64,000 bases of DNA from a bacterium (lineage in GTDB: Bacteria; Patescibacteriota; Saccharimonadia; UBA4664), in NCBI GenBank assembly GCA_016699105.1, contig CP064960.1:200727-264726 (forward strand), written 5' to 3'. The notes under the pieces are model-generated. The model saw nothing but the letters and a program-made list of their open reading frames with translations, did no database searches and was not told the DNA's origin. A program made the position numbers and the translations under genes. Shown one piece after another: positions 1 to 10,138 of this stretch; positions within the stretch are counted from its first letter, which is position 1, and every line of letters begins with the position of its first letter.

Positions 1-49
1 ATTGTTATCGCTATTGGAATTATTAGTTCACTCATATATACTAGTAGCC

Positions 50-514
50 ATGAGACAGCACTTGACTTCCACATCGCCCTTGAGCGCATTTTTAGCTGAA
101 GTCGTCATGACCAGCTACTATTTAGCGGAACCGCCCCAGCGATCAGCGGGTCTGCTTCATGACGCCGAAATGAAGTGTCTTAAAGTAGTAGCGGCCTACG
201 GCCCCATGCAAATGAGAGAGTTAGCAGCTGCTTTGCATGTGACCAAGCCTCGTGTGACGAAATTGATAGCCGATCTCCATGAGCGAGGTTTTACTGAATG
301 TACCGTGGGACCTGATAAACGAACAAAATTGGTGCAGTCAACGCCGGCGGGTCTGGAATTGGTAGCCAGCGTTAGGCGACGGTACCAAGAATTAGCCAAT
401 CGCATAGAAGCCAAATTGGGACCTGATAAAGCCCAGACATTGAAGCAATTATTGGCGGAGATCACGCCACTGACTGATTTTGAGTCAACGATTAAACGGA
501 AAGGAATGTCATGA
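50..514 (+). CDS. MarR family transcriptional regulator. The ORF is open from base 2, so the real start may lie upstream of the window.
   Basis: Winged-helix MarR-like sequence (…MQMRELAAALHVTKPRVTKLIADLHERGF…). ATG at 50 gives about 154 aa. The stop overlaps the htpX start (ATGA). Confidence 0.75.
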   Translation: MRQHLTSTSPLSAFLAEVVMTSYYLAEPPQRSAGLLHDAEMKCLKVVAAYGPMQMRELAAALHVTKPRVTKLIADLHERGFTECTVGPDKRTKLVQSTPAGLELVASVRRRYQELANRIEAKLGPDKAQTLKQLLAEITPLTDFESTIKRKGMS

Positions 515-1362
515 ACTCCATAACATCATTTGCCAAAACAACTCTTATGCTCGGAGCGCTGACTGGATTATTTTTGGGCGTCGGTTATATGATCGGTGGT
601 CAAAGCGGTGCCCTGATTGCATTGGGACTGGCAGCCATCATGAATTTTGGTATGTTCTGGTTCTCGGGCAGCATGGTGCTCAAGATGCAGGGCGCCCAGC
701 CGCTGGATACTAAGCACTTTGGGTATGTGCGCGATATGGTAACCGAATTGGCCCAGGCCGACAATTTGCCTATGCCCAAACTGTATTTTGTAGACACCGG
801 TGCCGAATGCCTTTGCTACGGGCCGATCGCCCAAGCACGCTGTTGTGGCTGTCACGCGAGGTATTACCGAGCTGCTTGATGAGGCAGAATTGCGGGTGGT
901 ATTAGGACATGAGTTAGGCCATGTGAAAACCGGGATATGCTGGTGTCGACGCTGGCGGCTACGCTTGGTGGCGCTATCGCTATGCTGGCGGAAATGGCGT
1001 TTTGGACAGGCAGTCTATTTGGGGGAAATGATGAAGAAGGTGGGGGCAATTGGATCGGTAGTTTGGCCATGATGATTATTGCTCCGCTGGCAGCGGTAAT
1101 CATTCAGATGGCGGTATCGCGCAGCCGGGAATTTATGGCTGATACGCATGGCGCCAAACTGGTCCATGGTGGCCGGGATTTGGCGAGTGCTTTACAGAAG
1201 CTAGAAAATTTTAAACCACGCATGGCTAATCTCCAGCCATCACCCACTCAAGAGGCCACAGCCCATCTAATGTTCATGAATATGTTTAGTGCACGAGGAT
1301 TGGCCAGCCTCTTTTCGACCCACCCATCAACGGCAGCCCGGGTGGAACGATTACTCAAATGA
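511..1362 (+). CDS. htpX: Zinc metalloprotease HtpX (M48 family), read across two frame breaks.
   Basis: Three ORF pieces (511-879, 800-1072, 937-1362) together give a complete HtpX: N-terminal TM helices, PNAFATG, HELGHV (HEXXH) and a C-terminal [10 protein letters not shown]…[13 protein letters not shown]. Breaks lie near 799-803 and at an A4 run near 945. Confidence 0.8.
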
Positions 1363-2114
1363 AAAGCATCATAATTGCCGAGAATTTACGCAAGACATAT
1401 GACGGGGTGACGGTCGTAGACGGCGTCAATCTCGACATCAAAGCGGGCGAAGTCTTCGGTATCGTCGGCCCTAACGGCGCTGGTAAAACCACGACGTTGG
1501 AAATGATTGAGGCACTGCGACCAATTGATGAAGGCCAAGTGACTGTGTGTGGGCTGGATGTGGCAACCCAGCCCGAAGACGTCAAAAAGGTGATCGGAAT
1601 ACAGCTGCAATCGACAGCTTTTTTTGATCGCCTGACGCTAACGGAGCAATTGAAGATGTTTGGCCGGTTGTATGGCGTCAATGTCGATACTGATAAACTG
1701 CTGGCCGAAGTGCAGCTGAGTGATAAATCCAAGAGCTATGTCGAGCATTTGTCGGGCGGACAGAAGCAACGATTCACGATTGCAGCCGCCTTGGTTAACC
1801 AACCTCAGGTATTGTTTTTGGATGAACCAACGACTGGCCTCGATCCGCAAGCCCGGCGCTATTTGTGGGAATTAATCCAAAGTATTCAGCACCAAGGTAT
1901 AACGGTCGTTTTGACAACCCACTACATGGATGAGGCAGAATTATTGTGCGACCGTCTGGCCATCATGGATGCTGGCCGGATATTGGTCATAGACAAGCCC
2001 CAGCATTTAATTCACGATTTACTCAAACGCGGCTTCAGTAAGCCAAAAACCGTCCAAGAAGCTAACCTGGAAGACGTATTTATTGACCTGACAGGAAAGG
2101 CGATCAGAGACTAA
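1359..2114 (+). CDS. ABC transporter ATP-binding protein.
   Basis: Walker A GPNGAGKTT, signature LSGGQKQR, Walker B LFLDEPTTGLD. ATGA overlap with the htpX stop. Confidence 0.9.
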   Translation: MKSIIIAENLRKTYDGVTVVDGVNLDIKAGEVFGIVGPNGAGKTTTLEMIEALRPIDEGQVTVCGLDVATQPEDVKKVIGIQLQSTAFFDRLTLTEQLKMFGRLYGVNVDTDKLLAEVQLSDKSKSYVEHLSGGQKQRFTIAAALVNQPQVLFLDEPTTGLDPQARRYLWELIQSIQHQGITVVLTTHYMDEAELLCDRLAIMDAGRILVIDKPQHLIHDLLKRGFSKPKTVQEANLEDVFIDLTGKAIRD

Positions 2115-2115
2115 A

Positions 2116-3217
2116 ATGCGCCAATATCTCAATGCGACCCTCGGTATCACCGCCGCCTATTTACGACGGTTTACCCGTGATAAAACAGCCATGTTCTTCA
2201 CGTTTTTGTTTCCGGCAATATTCTTGTTTGTTTTCGGCACCATATTTAATAACAACAACATCAGTTTTCGTGTGGCTGTCATCGACCGAGCTGATAATGA
2301 ATTTTCTCGACAATTTGTCACTCAGATCAAAGATGGCGAAACGTTCAAAGTGGAGTCTGAAGATGTGAGTTTGGAGGCTGCCAAAACGCGCATGAACCGC
2401 GGTGAGCTCGATAGTATTTTGGAGCTTCCACCCGAGTTTGGCGTTGCTGGCGCTGATGGTAAGCCGCGCGGTAACCTGGTGGTGTACTATCAAAACGGCT
2501 CCGAGCAGTCGGGCAAGACGGTAGCGGCCGTAATGGAACAAGTACTCGCTGATATCAATACGTCGCTGGGCCAACCGGAAGCGCCTTTCAAAGTCGAGGA
2601 AAAAGCGACTGACGACCGGGGTTGAGCCAGTTTGATTACACTTATTCTGGTCTGCTGGGTTTTACGCTGATGAGTATGGCAATTTTTGGCCTCGCTAACT
2701 CCATGCCGTTGGAGAAGAAATCGGGCTCATTCCGGCGTTTGCGAGCAGCGCCCTTCCGAGCTGGGCAGCTCATCATCGGAAATGGGCTGTTTTACATGAT
2801 TTTGGCGCTGCTGAGCCTGACCCTCATGCTGGCACTCGGCATAGGTATTTTTGATTTTGAAATGCGCGGTAGTTGGCTGACTTTTAGTATATTTACGATG
2901 CTGGCGACCGTTATGATGGTCGGCTTTGGACTACTGATCGGCGGTTGGGCGCAGACGGAAAACCAATCTGGCCCACTGTCGAACCTAATCTCCTTCCCGA
3001 TGATGTTTTTATCGGGCACTTTCTTCCCCGCTTTTTGTTCCCGGAATGGCTGCAAGGCATAACGAGCTATATTCCCCTCACCCCGGTTATCGATGGATTG
3101 CGACGAATTCTTACCGAAAACGCTTCCTTATTCGACCTGGGATCGCAGCTCGGAATCATGGCCGTGTGGCTTGTTCTGGTGTATGTGGCGGCCATCAAAT
3201 TGTTCCGCTGGGAATAA
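2116..3217 (+). CDS. ABC-2 type exporter permease, read across two homopolymer frame breaks.
   Basis: Pieces 2116-2625, 2622-3062 and 2945-3217 are collinear with ABC-2 permeases and lie directly downstream of the ATPase. Adding one G to the G4 run near 2617-2620 gives …DDRGLSQFDY…. Adding one C to the C4 run near 3017-3020 gives …GTFFPRFLFPEW…. Confidence 0.75.
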
Positions 3218-3226
3218 TATGAATTC

Positions 3227-3806
3227 ATGAAACAATCGGTACAAGAGCTAACGATACCTACCGGGCAATTTTTCATGATAGATGGCGTTGGTGATCCCAA
3301 TGGAATCGCCTTTCAACAGGCTGTTGAGGCACTTTATGCCCTCAGTTATACGTTGCGATTTTGGACGAAAAAGCACCAGGCACCACCAGATTGGTCGGAT
3401 TTCAAAGTCCAGCCTCTGGAGGGGCTGTGGAGTGTGCCAGAAATACATGATTCATCTGCCATGAACGCTCCTCGTGATTCGTGGCACTGGACGGCCATGA
3501 TTAAGCAACCAGATTTTTAACGATTGAATTGTTTGATCAATTGAAATCTGAAGTAGCGCTGAAAAACCAGGGGTTAGTACAGCATCAGTGCGACTAGAAG
3601 CATTTACCGAAGGTACGGTGGTTGAGGTGTTGCATTTGGGACCATATACGAGCGAGCTTCCTTCAATCCAAAAATTGGACGATTACATATCTGGCCACAG
3701 CTTGAAGGCAGTTGGCCGCCATCACGAAATCTATCTGAGTGATCCTCGACGCACAGATCCAGCAAAATTAAGAACTCTATTGCGTCATCCCGTAGAAAAA
3801 GTTTAA
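3227..3806 (+). CDS. GyrI-like small-molecule-binding domain protein (AraC effector-binding / SbmC-like fold), read across two frame breaks.
   Basis: Pieces 3227-3520 and 3588-3806 plus the intervening frame give …MIKQPDF(L)TIELFDQLKSEVALK(K)PGVSTASVRLEAFTEG…HHEIYLSDPRRTDPAKLRTLLRHPV. The T5 run near 3515 and the A5 run near 3562 each lack one base. Confidence 0.65.
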
Positions 3807-3859
3807 GCCTTTTCTCAGTCCCGGGCGGCTACGATATACGTGATAAAAAGAGAATATTT

Positions 3860-5237
3860 ATGAATGCCACGACTAGAGGTGTGCGCAATGCGTTCCGTAA
3901 TACTATTCGGACGGGTTCGATCGTATTGATATTGGCTCTCAGCATCGGACTGATAATTGCGATGTTGGCAGCCCGGCAAGCAGTGAATACCAAGATCGAG
4001 AGTGTAAAGAATGCTGTTGGCAATACTGTGACGATTGCGCCGGCGGGTGTGCAAGGATTCGAAGGTGGGGCGAGGCGTTGACGGCTGCGCAAATGGCCGA
4101 GGTAACCAAAGTAGCTCACGTAACAGCTGTGTCGCAGCGCTTGGTGATCGGTTGACGACCAGTAATAGCAACCTCGTGTCGGCTATTGAAGCCGGGACGC
4201 TCGGTCAACGGCGAGCGAACGAATCGGGCACAACTTCGGGCGGATCAACGGTGCCCGCCCCATCGGGCTCACCCCGAGCGATGCAAAACTTTACGCCGCC
4301 CGTTACGATAACCGGCGTTAATTCAGTCAACGGTACTTCTACCTTTGGCGGTAGCTCACTTTCGTGGACGAGTGGGCAGGCCTTTGACGCTAGTAAAGAT
4401 ATTAGCGAGGCAGTGGTTGGTAAAAATCTAGCGACCAAAAATAACTTGAGCGTCGGTAGTACATTCAAGGCTTATGGCGCAACGATCAAAGTGGTCGGCA
4501 TCTATGACGCCGGAAACGATTTCGCCAACAATGGAGTGTTTATGTCTTTGGTAACGTTACAACGTTTAAGCTCACAAAGCGGTAGCATTACCAGTGCGGC
4601 GGCAACGGTCGACTCGGCCGACAATTTGGCGACGGCAACGACCGCAATTAAAGAGGCATTAGGTAGCAAAGCCGATGTCACCAGCAGTCAAGACGCTGCC
4701 GACCAATTGGTAGCACCACTGAGTAGCGTGGCTCACATTTCCCTCTTGAGCTTGTTGGGAGCCGTAACTGCTGGAGCTGTCATAATTTTATTGGCAATGT
4801 TGATGATCGTCCGCGAACGTCGCCGAGAAATCGGCGTGATGAAAGCTATTGGAGCACGTAATGGATCAATCATGTGGCAGTTTATGGTGGAAGCAATTAC
4901 TTTGACGACTCTAGCGCTCGTCGTAGGATTAGGTATCGGGATAGCAGCGGCTCGTCCGATTACTGATTCACTGGTTAGTACCAGTGTGGGTTCGACGCAG
5001 TCGACCCAAACAGCCGTAGGTCCGGGTTCAGGTCCGCGAGGGATGGGACCGGGCGCTGCTTTACGCAGTGTCGGTACAAGTAGTGCCCAAACGCTCACAA
5101 ACGTCCAAGCATCTGTCGGCTGGCCGGCGCTCGTTCTCGGCATGTTGGCAGCGTTGAGTATTGCAGTTCTGGGCAGTGCCATACCAGCTCTCATTATCAG
5201 TAACATCAAACCGGCGGAGGCCATGCGTAATGAATAA
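3860..5237 (+). CDS. ABC transporter permease, FtsX/MacB-like, read across two frame breaks.
   Basis: N-terminal TM helix, a large extracytoplasmic domain and a C-terminal FtsX 4-TM bundle (…ILLAMLMIVRERRREIGVMKAIGARNGSIMWQFMVEAITL…). The G4 run near 4067 and a second break near 4140-4150 join ORFs 3860-4081 and 4035-5237 through an intermediate frame. Confidence 0.75.
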
Positions 5238-5907
5238 CATGCTTGTTGTCCAAGATTTGAAAAAAGAATTTGACCAAGGCGGGCACAAAGTGGCGGCTGT
5301 AAATGGAATCAATTTAGCCGTTCGCCAAGGAGAATTTGCTTCTATTATCGGCCGAAGCGGTAGTGGTAAAAGTACGTTATTGAGCTTACTTGGTGCCCTT
5401 GATTCGCCCACAAGTGGCAGTATTGTTATTGATGGCCAAGACATTACCCGGCTACATGGACCGGCTTTGAGCCGATACCGGCGCAGTACAATTGGATTTG
5501 TTTTTCAAAATTATAATTTGGTACCAAATCTGACGGCGCTCGAGAATGTCTTATTGCCAATGGAATTTGCCCGATTGCCAAAAAAACAGCAGGTGGCGCG
5601 AGCCGCCTCACTCCTGGAGGGCGTTGGCATTACCGGCGATGCGCAAAAGCGCAAACCTGGGAAAATGAGTGGTGGTGAGCAGCAGCGGGTATCAATTGCC
5701 CGGGCCTTGGCCAATCATCCCAAGTTGATATTGGCGGACGAACCAACTGGAAATCTCGACAGCGAAAACGGCCGGCGGGTATTTGAAATATTACACAATC
5801 TAACCCGTAGCGGTAAGGCTACCGTGGTTGTCGTGACGCACGATTTGGAAATAGCCGGCCGGACGAGCCGGGTGTTTCAGTTGATGGACGGCAAGCTCAC
5901 GACTTGA
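5230..5907 (+). CDS. ABC transporter ATP-binding protein (MacB/LolD-type partner of the FtsX permease).
   Basis: GRSGSGKSTLL, LSGGEQQRVSIARAL, LILADEPTGNLD. Probable start ATG at 5230 (MNNMLVVQDLKKEF) overlaps the permease stop. Confidence 0.85.
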   Translation: MNNMLVVQDLKKEFDQGGHKVAAVNGINLAVRQGEFASIIGRSGSGKSTLLSLLGALDSPTSGSIVIDGQDITRLHGPALSRYRRSTIGFVFQNYNLVPNLTALENVLLPMEFARLPKKQQVARAASLLEGVGITGDAQKRKPGKMSGGEQQRVSIARALANHPKLILADEPTGNLDSENGRRVFEILHNLTRSGKATVVVVTHDLEIAGRTSRVFQLMDGKLTT

Positions 5908-6757
5908 TGAGCATGGCGGCAATCACCGCCAGGGATGCTGCACCTAACTTTGTTTTGAGATGGTCGTGTTCGTGCAGAAATATAATACTTAACATCACTC
6001 CGGCGATAACTTGGGTGGTCAGGAGTAATACCACGATGCCTGGGTCAGGTGCGTGAGCATAGGCAATAAAAGCGAATAAGTTGTACAGAATGCTGGCGGC
6101 ACCAGTAATTACTGCAGTTTTCAATAAATCAGATGTGCGACGTGACCGATGACTCATATCAGACCAAATCGTTCGGGCGAAATATATTCCAATCAGCAAG
6201 GCGTTTCCAGCATATGTTATCACCAGATAATCAGCTGTCGCGATTTGCCTTGACAACGCAGCGCTCGTGATTTGGAAGCCCGCAAAGGCTACAGCCGAGG
6301 CAAGGATATACCAAGCCCCTCTATTAATATGGAGGCGCTTCCCCTGGTATTGGGCGAGCAAGATGGCGATGAGTAAGAGTAACACACCGAGTATCTGACT
6401 AGTGCCTAACCGACTACCCAAAATCAACCAGGCCAAGAGGGCATTCCAGATGACAATTGACGAAAAAATGACTTGGGTACTAGCTGATTGCAAGCTTTTT
6501 ATCCCTTTGAAGTACCAGATGTTCCCAAGGGTCGAAGTCAGGATTGCGACCGTCAGCGGCATCCAGGCACTCGGTGGAATTACCAAATGCAAGCCTCCAA
6601 TAAATGGTGATAATAGTATGCCCCAACAAATTGAAGCCACCATCAGGTAAAACGTCTGGGTCATGGGGTCAATATGAGTTTGGTTACTCAATACTTTGGT
6701 TAGTACGCCATAGCTTGCCCGGGACATAATTGAAAATAATGTAAATACGAGCCACAT
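5897..6757 (-). CDS. EamA/DMT-family transporter.
   Basis: 286 aa, about 10 predicted TM helices, two EamA-like halves. Confidence 0.7.
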   Translation of the reverse strand: MWLVFTLFSIMSRASYGVLTKVLSNQTHIDPMTQTFYLMVASICWGILLSPFIGGLHLVIPPSAWMPLTVAILTSTLGNIWYFKGIKSLQSASTQVIFSSIVIWNALLAWLILGSRLGTSQILGVLLLLIAILLAQYQGKRLHINRGAWYILASAVAFAGFQITSAALSRQIATADYLVITYAGNALLIGIYFARTIWSDMSHRSRRTSDLLKTAVITGAASILYNLFAFIAYAHAPDPGIVVLLLTTQVIAGVMLSIIFLHEHDHLKTKLGAASLAVIAAMLIKS

Positions 6758-6792
6758 CTTGGATTCAGTGTAGCACTAGGAGTGTTATACTT

Positions 6793-7149
6793 ATGCTTAT
6801 GGAGATGATTGAAACAATCATTTTATATTCCCATCTACTGGGTTTGGCGGCACTCGCCGGTGGCTTAATGTCTCAATTTGGATCATCAACCTACCGAGTA
6901 ACGCCGGTGATGCTGTGGGGTGCGCGTTGGCAACTGTTGAGCGGACTAATACTTGCCGGACTAGAACGAGACGAGCTCAACCACCCGATAGTGGGAGCGA
7001 AGCTGGGAGTACTCTTGGTGGTTTTGGCTGTGCTTGAAAGCCGGAAACAACCCACGCGGTTATTGTCACCTCAGCTGTACAAGATCGTTAGTATGCTCGT
7101 AGCCGTAGTGATTTTCATGGCATTGTTTGTGACTAGTACTGAAACCTAA
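6793..7149 (+). CDS. Small membrane protein, hypothetical.
   Basis: 118-aa ORF with 3-4 hydrophobic helices and a compact intergenic context. Confidence 0.45.
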   Translation: MLMEMIETIILYSHLLGLAALAGGLMSQFGSSTYRVTPVMLWGARWQLLSGLILAGLERDELNHPIVGAKLGVLLVVLAVLESRKQPTRLLSPQLYKIVSMLVAVVIFMALFVTSTET

Positions 7150-7163
7150 TTAACGATAAAGAC

Positions 7164-8927
7164 ATGCGCCTACCAACAGCGTCAAGTACATACCCCAAGA
7201 TGCGAGTAGCTTTCAACCGGAAGGTAGCTATGTCACTCATAGCGGCAGTAATGGTAGTAGGTAGCATTCTAGTATACCGGCTCCAAGCGGCGACCGGGGT
7301 AGTGGCGCCGGCACAAGATCTGTACAACCTGTCCTACGCGAGTGACCACAACGTGCAAAAACTCGACCTATTTTTGCCAGCTCGAACCGGTCAACCCGTG
7401 CCGGTAATCGTTAATATCCATGGTGGCGCTTTTATGGAAGGTGATAAAAGCGATGAAATGTACAATGTCGAGGCATTACGCAGCCAGGGTTGGGCAGTAG
7501 CCAATCTGAACTACCGGCTCAGTGGCGACGCCCGTTTCCCAGCCGGCGTTCAAGACGTGAAGGCAGCGGTGCGGTGGTTACGCGCGCACGCCGACCAGTA
7601 CGGTCTCGATGACCGGCGGTTTGCCTCGTGGGGACGATCGGCCGGTGGCTATATGGCATTGGCATTGGCAGTAACCGGTGATCAAACGACAACTTTTGAT
7701 GGCGGTAATCTGGGCAATAGCAATCAAAGTAGTGCCGTCCAAGCCGTCGTTAGCCTGTATGGTGTGACTGACTTTGGCACCATGAACCAACAGGCACGCA
7801 CCTATTGTGGCAGCTACCAAGATCATGATGCCGCTGGATCTCCGGAATCAATTTGGCTTGGTGGACCCATTCAAAATTCATCGTTGCTCGATGACGCCAA
7901 TCTTGTGGGGTACGTTGGAAACATTACTACGATGCCAGCGTTTTACTTTGCGCACGGAAAGCAAGATTGCACCGTACCTTACCCTCAGTCACAGGAAATG
8001 TTTGATGCTGTCACAGCCCGAGGTGGTGTTGCAAATATTCAGCTCGATTCGGGCGCCGGTCATGCTGATGGCGGGCTCGACTCGCGTACCATTAATCCGG
8101 GTATCGCATTTATCAAAACGGCTTTCAATAAGATTCAGTCGGCAACTCCGACCGCGACTCCGACGCCCACAACAACGCCGTCACCAACCGCCAGTACTAC
8201 GCCGGCGTCAGCGACTGGATCACTCTATTTCAGCCCGTCGACTGCGAGTGTGACTAGTGGGGGAACGGTCACCTTCGAATTGCGCGAGAACTCGGGAGCT
8301 ACTCAAGTGAATGCTGTCCAAGCCAATGTCACGTATGACGCAACTAAACTACAGTATGATTCGGTTATTGATACGGGCGCCGATTTCGGATTGAGTGCCG
8401 TTACCACCGCCAGTACTGGTCAGGTCATGATCACCAGAGCTACAGCCGGCGGAACACCTGCATTAACCGGCGACAAGCTGATTGCAAAGATAGTCTTCAA
8501 AGCCTTGACGACTGCGGGCGCCACCACACTTACCTACGCTAGCACATCAAACTTGGTGTCAGTGGCAGCAGTTGATATTTTAGGTAACCGCCAGTCAGCA
8601 GCTTTGACTGTCACTGGAGGCACTAGCACGGTAACCCCCAGCCCGACGCCAACCATTACACCCCGGCCGAGCGCTACACCCTCACCAACACCACGACCAT
8701 CAGCTACACCCGCCCCGACTCCGACTCCGACACCAAAACCAACGCCTACCCCGACACCCGTACCAGTCATAGCTGGAGATACGAATTTGGACGGCGTCGT
8801 CAACATGGCTGATTTGTCTCAGTTATTACTGAGTTGGAACAGTCTCGGAGCCAGCAATGATTTTAATCGTGATGGAGTGATTGATGTATACGATCTATCG
8901 ATCCTGCTTAGTAATTGGCGCTACTGA
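7164..8927 (+). CDS. Secreted alpha/beta-hydrolase (esterase/lipase) with a cohesin-like module and a C-terminal type-I dockerin.
   Basis: HGGAFMEGD oxyanion motif and GRSAGG nucleophile elbow. Thr/Pro-rich linkers. Cohesin-like beta-sandwich segment ([34 protein letters not shown]…LIAKIVFKA). The C-terminal duplicated Ca-binding segments [18 protein letters not shown] and [18 protein letters not shown] form a dockerin. The real start may be an internal Met (MRVAFNRK…). Confidence 0.75.
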   Translation: MRLPTASSTYPKMRVAFNRKVAMSLIAAVMVVGSILVYRLQAATGVVAPAQDLYNLSYASDHNVQKLDLFLPARTGQPVPVIVNIHGGAFMEGDKSDEMYNVEALRSQGWAVANLNYRLSGDARFPAGVQDVKAAVRWLRAHADQYGLDDRRFASWGRSAGGYMALALAVTGDQTTTFDGGNLGNSNQSSAVQAVVSLYGVTDFGTMNQQARTYCGSYQDHDAAGSPESIWLGGPIQNSSLLDDANLVGYVGNITTMPAFYFAHGKQDCTVPYPQSQEMFDAVTARGGVANIQLDSGAGHADGGLDSRTINPGIAFIKTAFNKIQSATPTATPTPTTTPSPTASTTPASATGSLYFSPSTASVTSGGTVTFELRENSGATQVNAVQANVTYDATKLQYDSVIDTGADFGLSAVTTASTGQVMITRATAGGTPALTGDKLIAKIVFKALTTAGATTLTYASTSNLVSVAAVDILGNRQSAALTVTGGTSTVTPSPTPTITPRPSATPSPTPRPSATPAPTPTPTPKPTPTPTPVPVIAGDTNLDGVVNMADLSQLLLSWNSLGASNDFNRDGVIDVYDLSILLSNWRY

Positions 8928-8975
8928 CTTTCTCGATGTGTGCTATTGTTAACGTAAGAGTTTTAAGAGAAGTTA

Positions 8976-9962
8976 ATGCCTACTCGTAAAAAATCAGCAT
9001 CAAAACTTAAAAACGCATCTCGTTTCAATATGCCTTTGGCTGGATGGTTAGCGTCAATTACTGTCATGGTCGGATTGTTTGTGGTGTTATTCTCGCGAGC
9101 TGCTGGATCGGGAACTTTGTACCTTGATCCGCTATCGGCTGAAGTACTCGCCAATAGTACAGTGACATTAACGGTTCGAGCAGATAGTGGCTCAATCCCG
9201 GTCAACGCGGTGCGAGCAGACCTTAAATATCCAAATGGTACGCTGGAGTTTGTTGGCATTGATGTGGTCGGAAGCTCCTATGGCGTGGAGGCTCCCACAA
9301 AAACATCTAATAACACGGTAAGTATTACAAGAGGCAGTATTACACCATTGACAGGTGATCATCTTGTAGCCAAAGTTACATTTAGGGTGATTTCCGGTTC
9401 AGCCAACAAAGTGACCCTGGCAAATACTTCGGTACTCGCCAGTGCCAGCTCAAACGCCAATATTATCGACTCGCTCCAAAGCGCCACGTTGGGTGTCTTA
9501 AGTGGCAATTCACCAACAGCGACCCCCACAGCCAATGGAACGACGACACCAGTAGCCACAGCAACTCCAGCGAAAGCCGGCACAACACCAACGCCATTAT
9601 TTGGTACACGGACGGCCACTCCCAGTGTCAGCCCGACACCAATACCTGGAGCCAAGACGAAGGTGACGGTCGATGGCAAAGCCGTAACCGGCGAAAATGT
9701 CGATACCAGCAAGCTCAGTGATGGCAACCACACGGTGACAACCACCACGACTGACTCGACCGGAGCTGTCGTTAAAGAAACGACCAGTACCCTCAAAGTG
9801 AATACCAATAAATCATTTTGGCAAAATGCCGTCTTGATTGCCGGTGAAAACGTCGTTGCCGTTGGGTTGATTGTATTCTTGGCAATCGTAGCCGTAGTAG
9901 CTTTCCTACTCTACCGCCGCCATGCCGCCCAATCGGCCAATCCCCTCGCCTGGCCCAGTTAA
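8976..9962 (+). CDS. Membrane-anchored cohesin-domain protein.
   Basis: N-terminal signal/TM. Cohesin-like module (TLYLDPLSAEVLANSTVTLTVRADSGSIPVNAVRADLKYPNGTLEFVGIDVV…LVAKVTFRV). Thr/Pro linker, Ig-like segment and a C-terminal TM anchor (VVAVGLIVFLAIVAVVAFLLYRRH). Confidence 0.7.
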   Translation: MPTRKKSASKLKNASRFNMPLAGWLASITVMVGLFVVLFSRAAGSGTLYLDPLSAEVLANSTVTLTVRADSGSIPVNAVRADLKYPNGTLEFVGIDVVGSSYGVEAPTKTSNNTVSITRGSITPLTGDHLVAKVTFRVISGSANKVTLANTSVLASASSNANIIDSLQSATLGVLSGNSPTATPTANGTTTPVATATPAKAGTTPTPLFGTRTATPSVSPTPIPGAKTKVTVDGKAVTGENVDTSKLSDGNHTVTTTTTDSTGAVVKETTSTLKVNTNKSFWQNAVLIAGENVVAVGLIVFLAIVAVVAFLLYRRHAAQSANPLAWPS

Positions 9963-9985
9963 CCAGATGTGCTACACTTATTAGC

Positions 9986-10138
9986 ATGGTAGTACTGCTT
10001 GGTTATATTGATCCATCGTCTGGAAGTCTGTTTTTACAAATGGTGATCGGCACGGTGCTGGCGGTTGGCTATGCAATCCGACATCATATAGCCAAATTGT
10101 GGCGCAAATTGACCGGCAAATCTAAGGACGACGTATGA
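9986..10138 (+). CDS. Small ORF of 50 aa, hypothetical, translationally coupled to the downstream gene.
   Basis: ATG at 9986. Hydrophobic peptide MVVLLGYIDPSSGSLFLQMVIGTVLAVGYAIRHHIAKLWRKLTGKSKDDV. Its stop overlaps the ATG of the 10135 gene (ATGA). It is below the ORF-track size cutoff. Confidence 0.35.
   Translation: MVVLLGYIDPSSGSLFLQMVIGTVLAVGYAIRHHIAKLWRKLTGKSKDDV

Noticed and set aside
511-1362. Programmed ribosomal frameshifting, or real pseudogenisation, of htpX and the other split genes.
   Set aside because: The breaks are single-base deficits in A/T/G/C homopolymers, not slippery heptamers with downstream structures. They occur in unrelated genes at a roughly uniform rate. Sequencing undercalls are the economical explanation.
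4733-5444. ORFs 4733-5224(-) and 5061-5444(-).
   Set aside because: They are embedded antisense in the FtsX permease and ABC ATPase genes, whose frames carry unmistakable motifs.
8140-8765. Tandem PT/TP repeats (CCGAC/ACCCC-rich) as a noncoding tandem repeat or VNTR.
   Set aside because: They are in frame and encode Thr/Pro linkers between the catalytic, cohesin and dockerin modules.
8534-8806. Minus-strand ORF encoding GVGVGVG… repeats.
   Set aside because: It is the antisense reading of the Pro/Thr-linker codon repeats of the esterase-dockerin gene. It is low-complexity and lies wholly inside a well-supported plus-strand CDS.
9359-9808. 149-aa minus-strand ORF.
   Set aside because: Antisense to the cohesin membrane protein within its Thr/Val-rich region. 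It has no motif and no independent start context.
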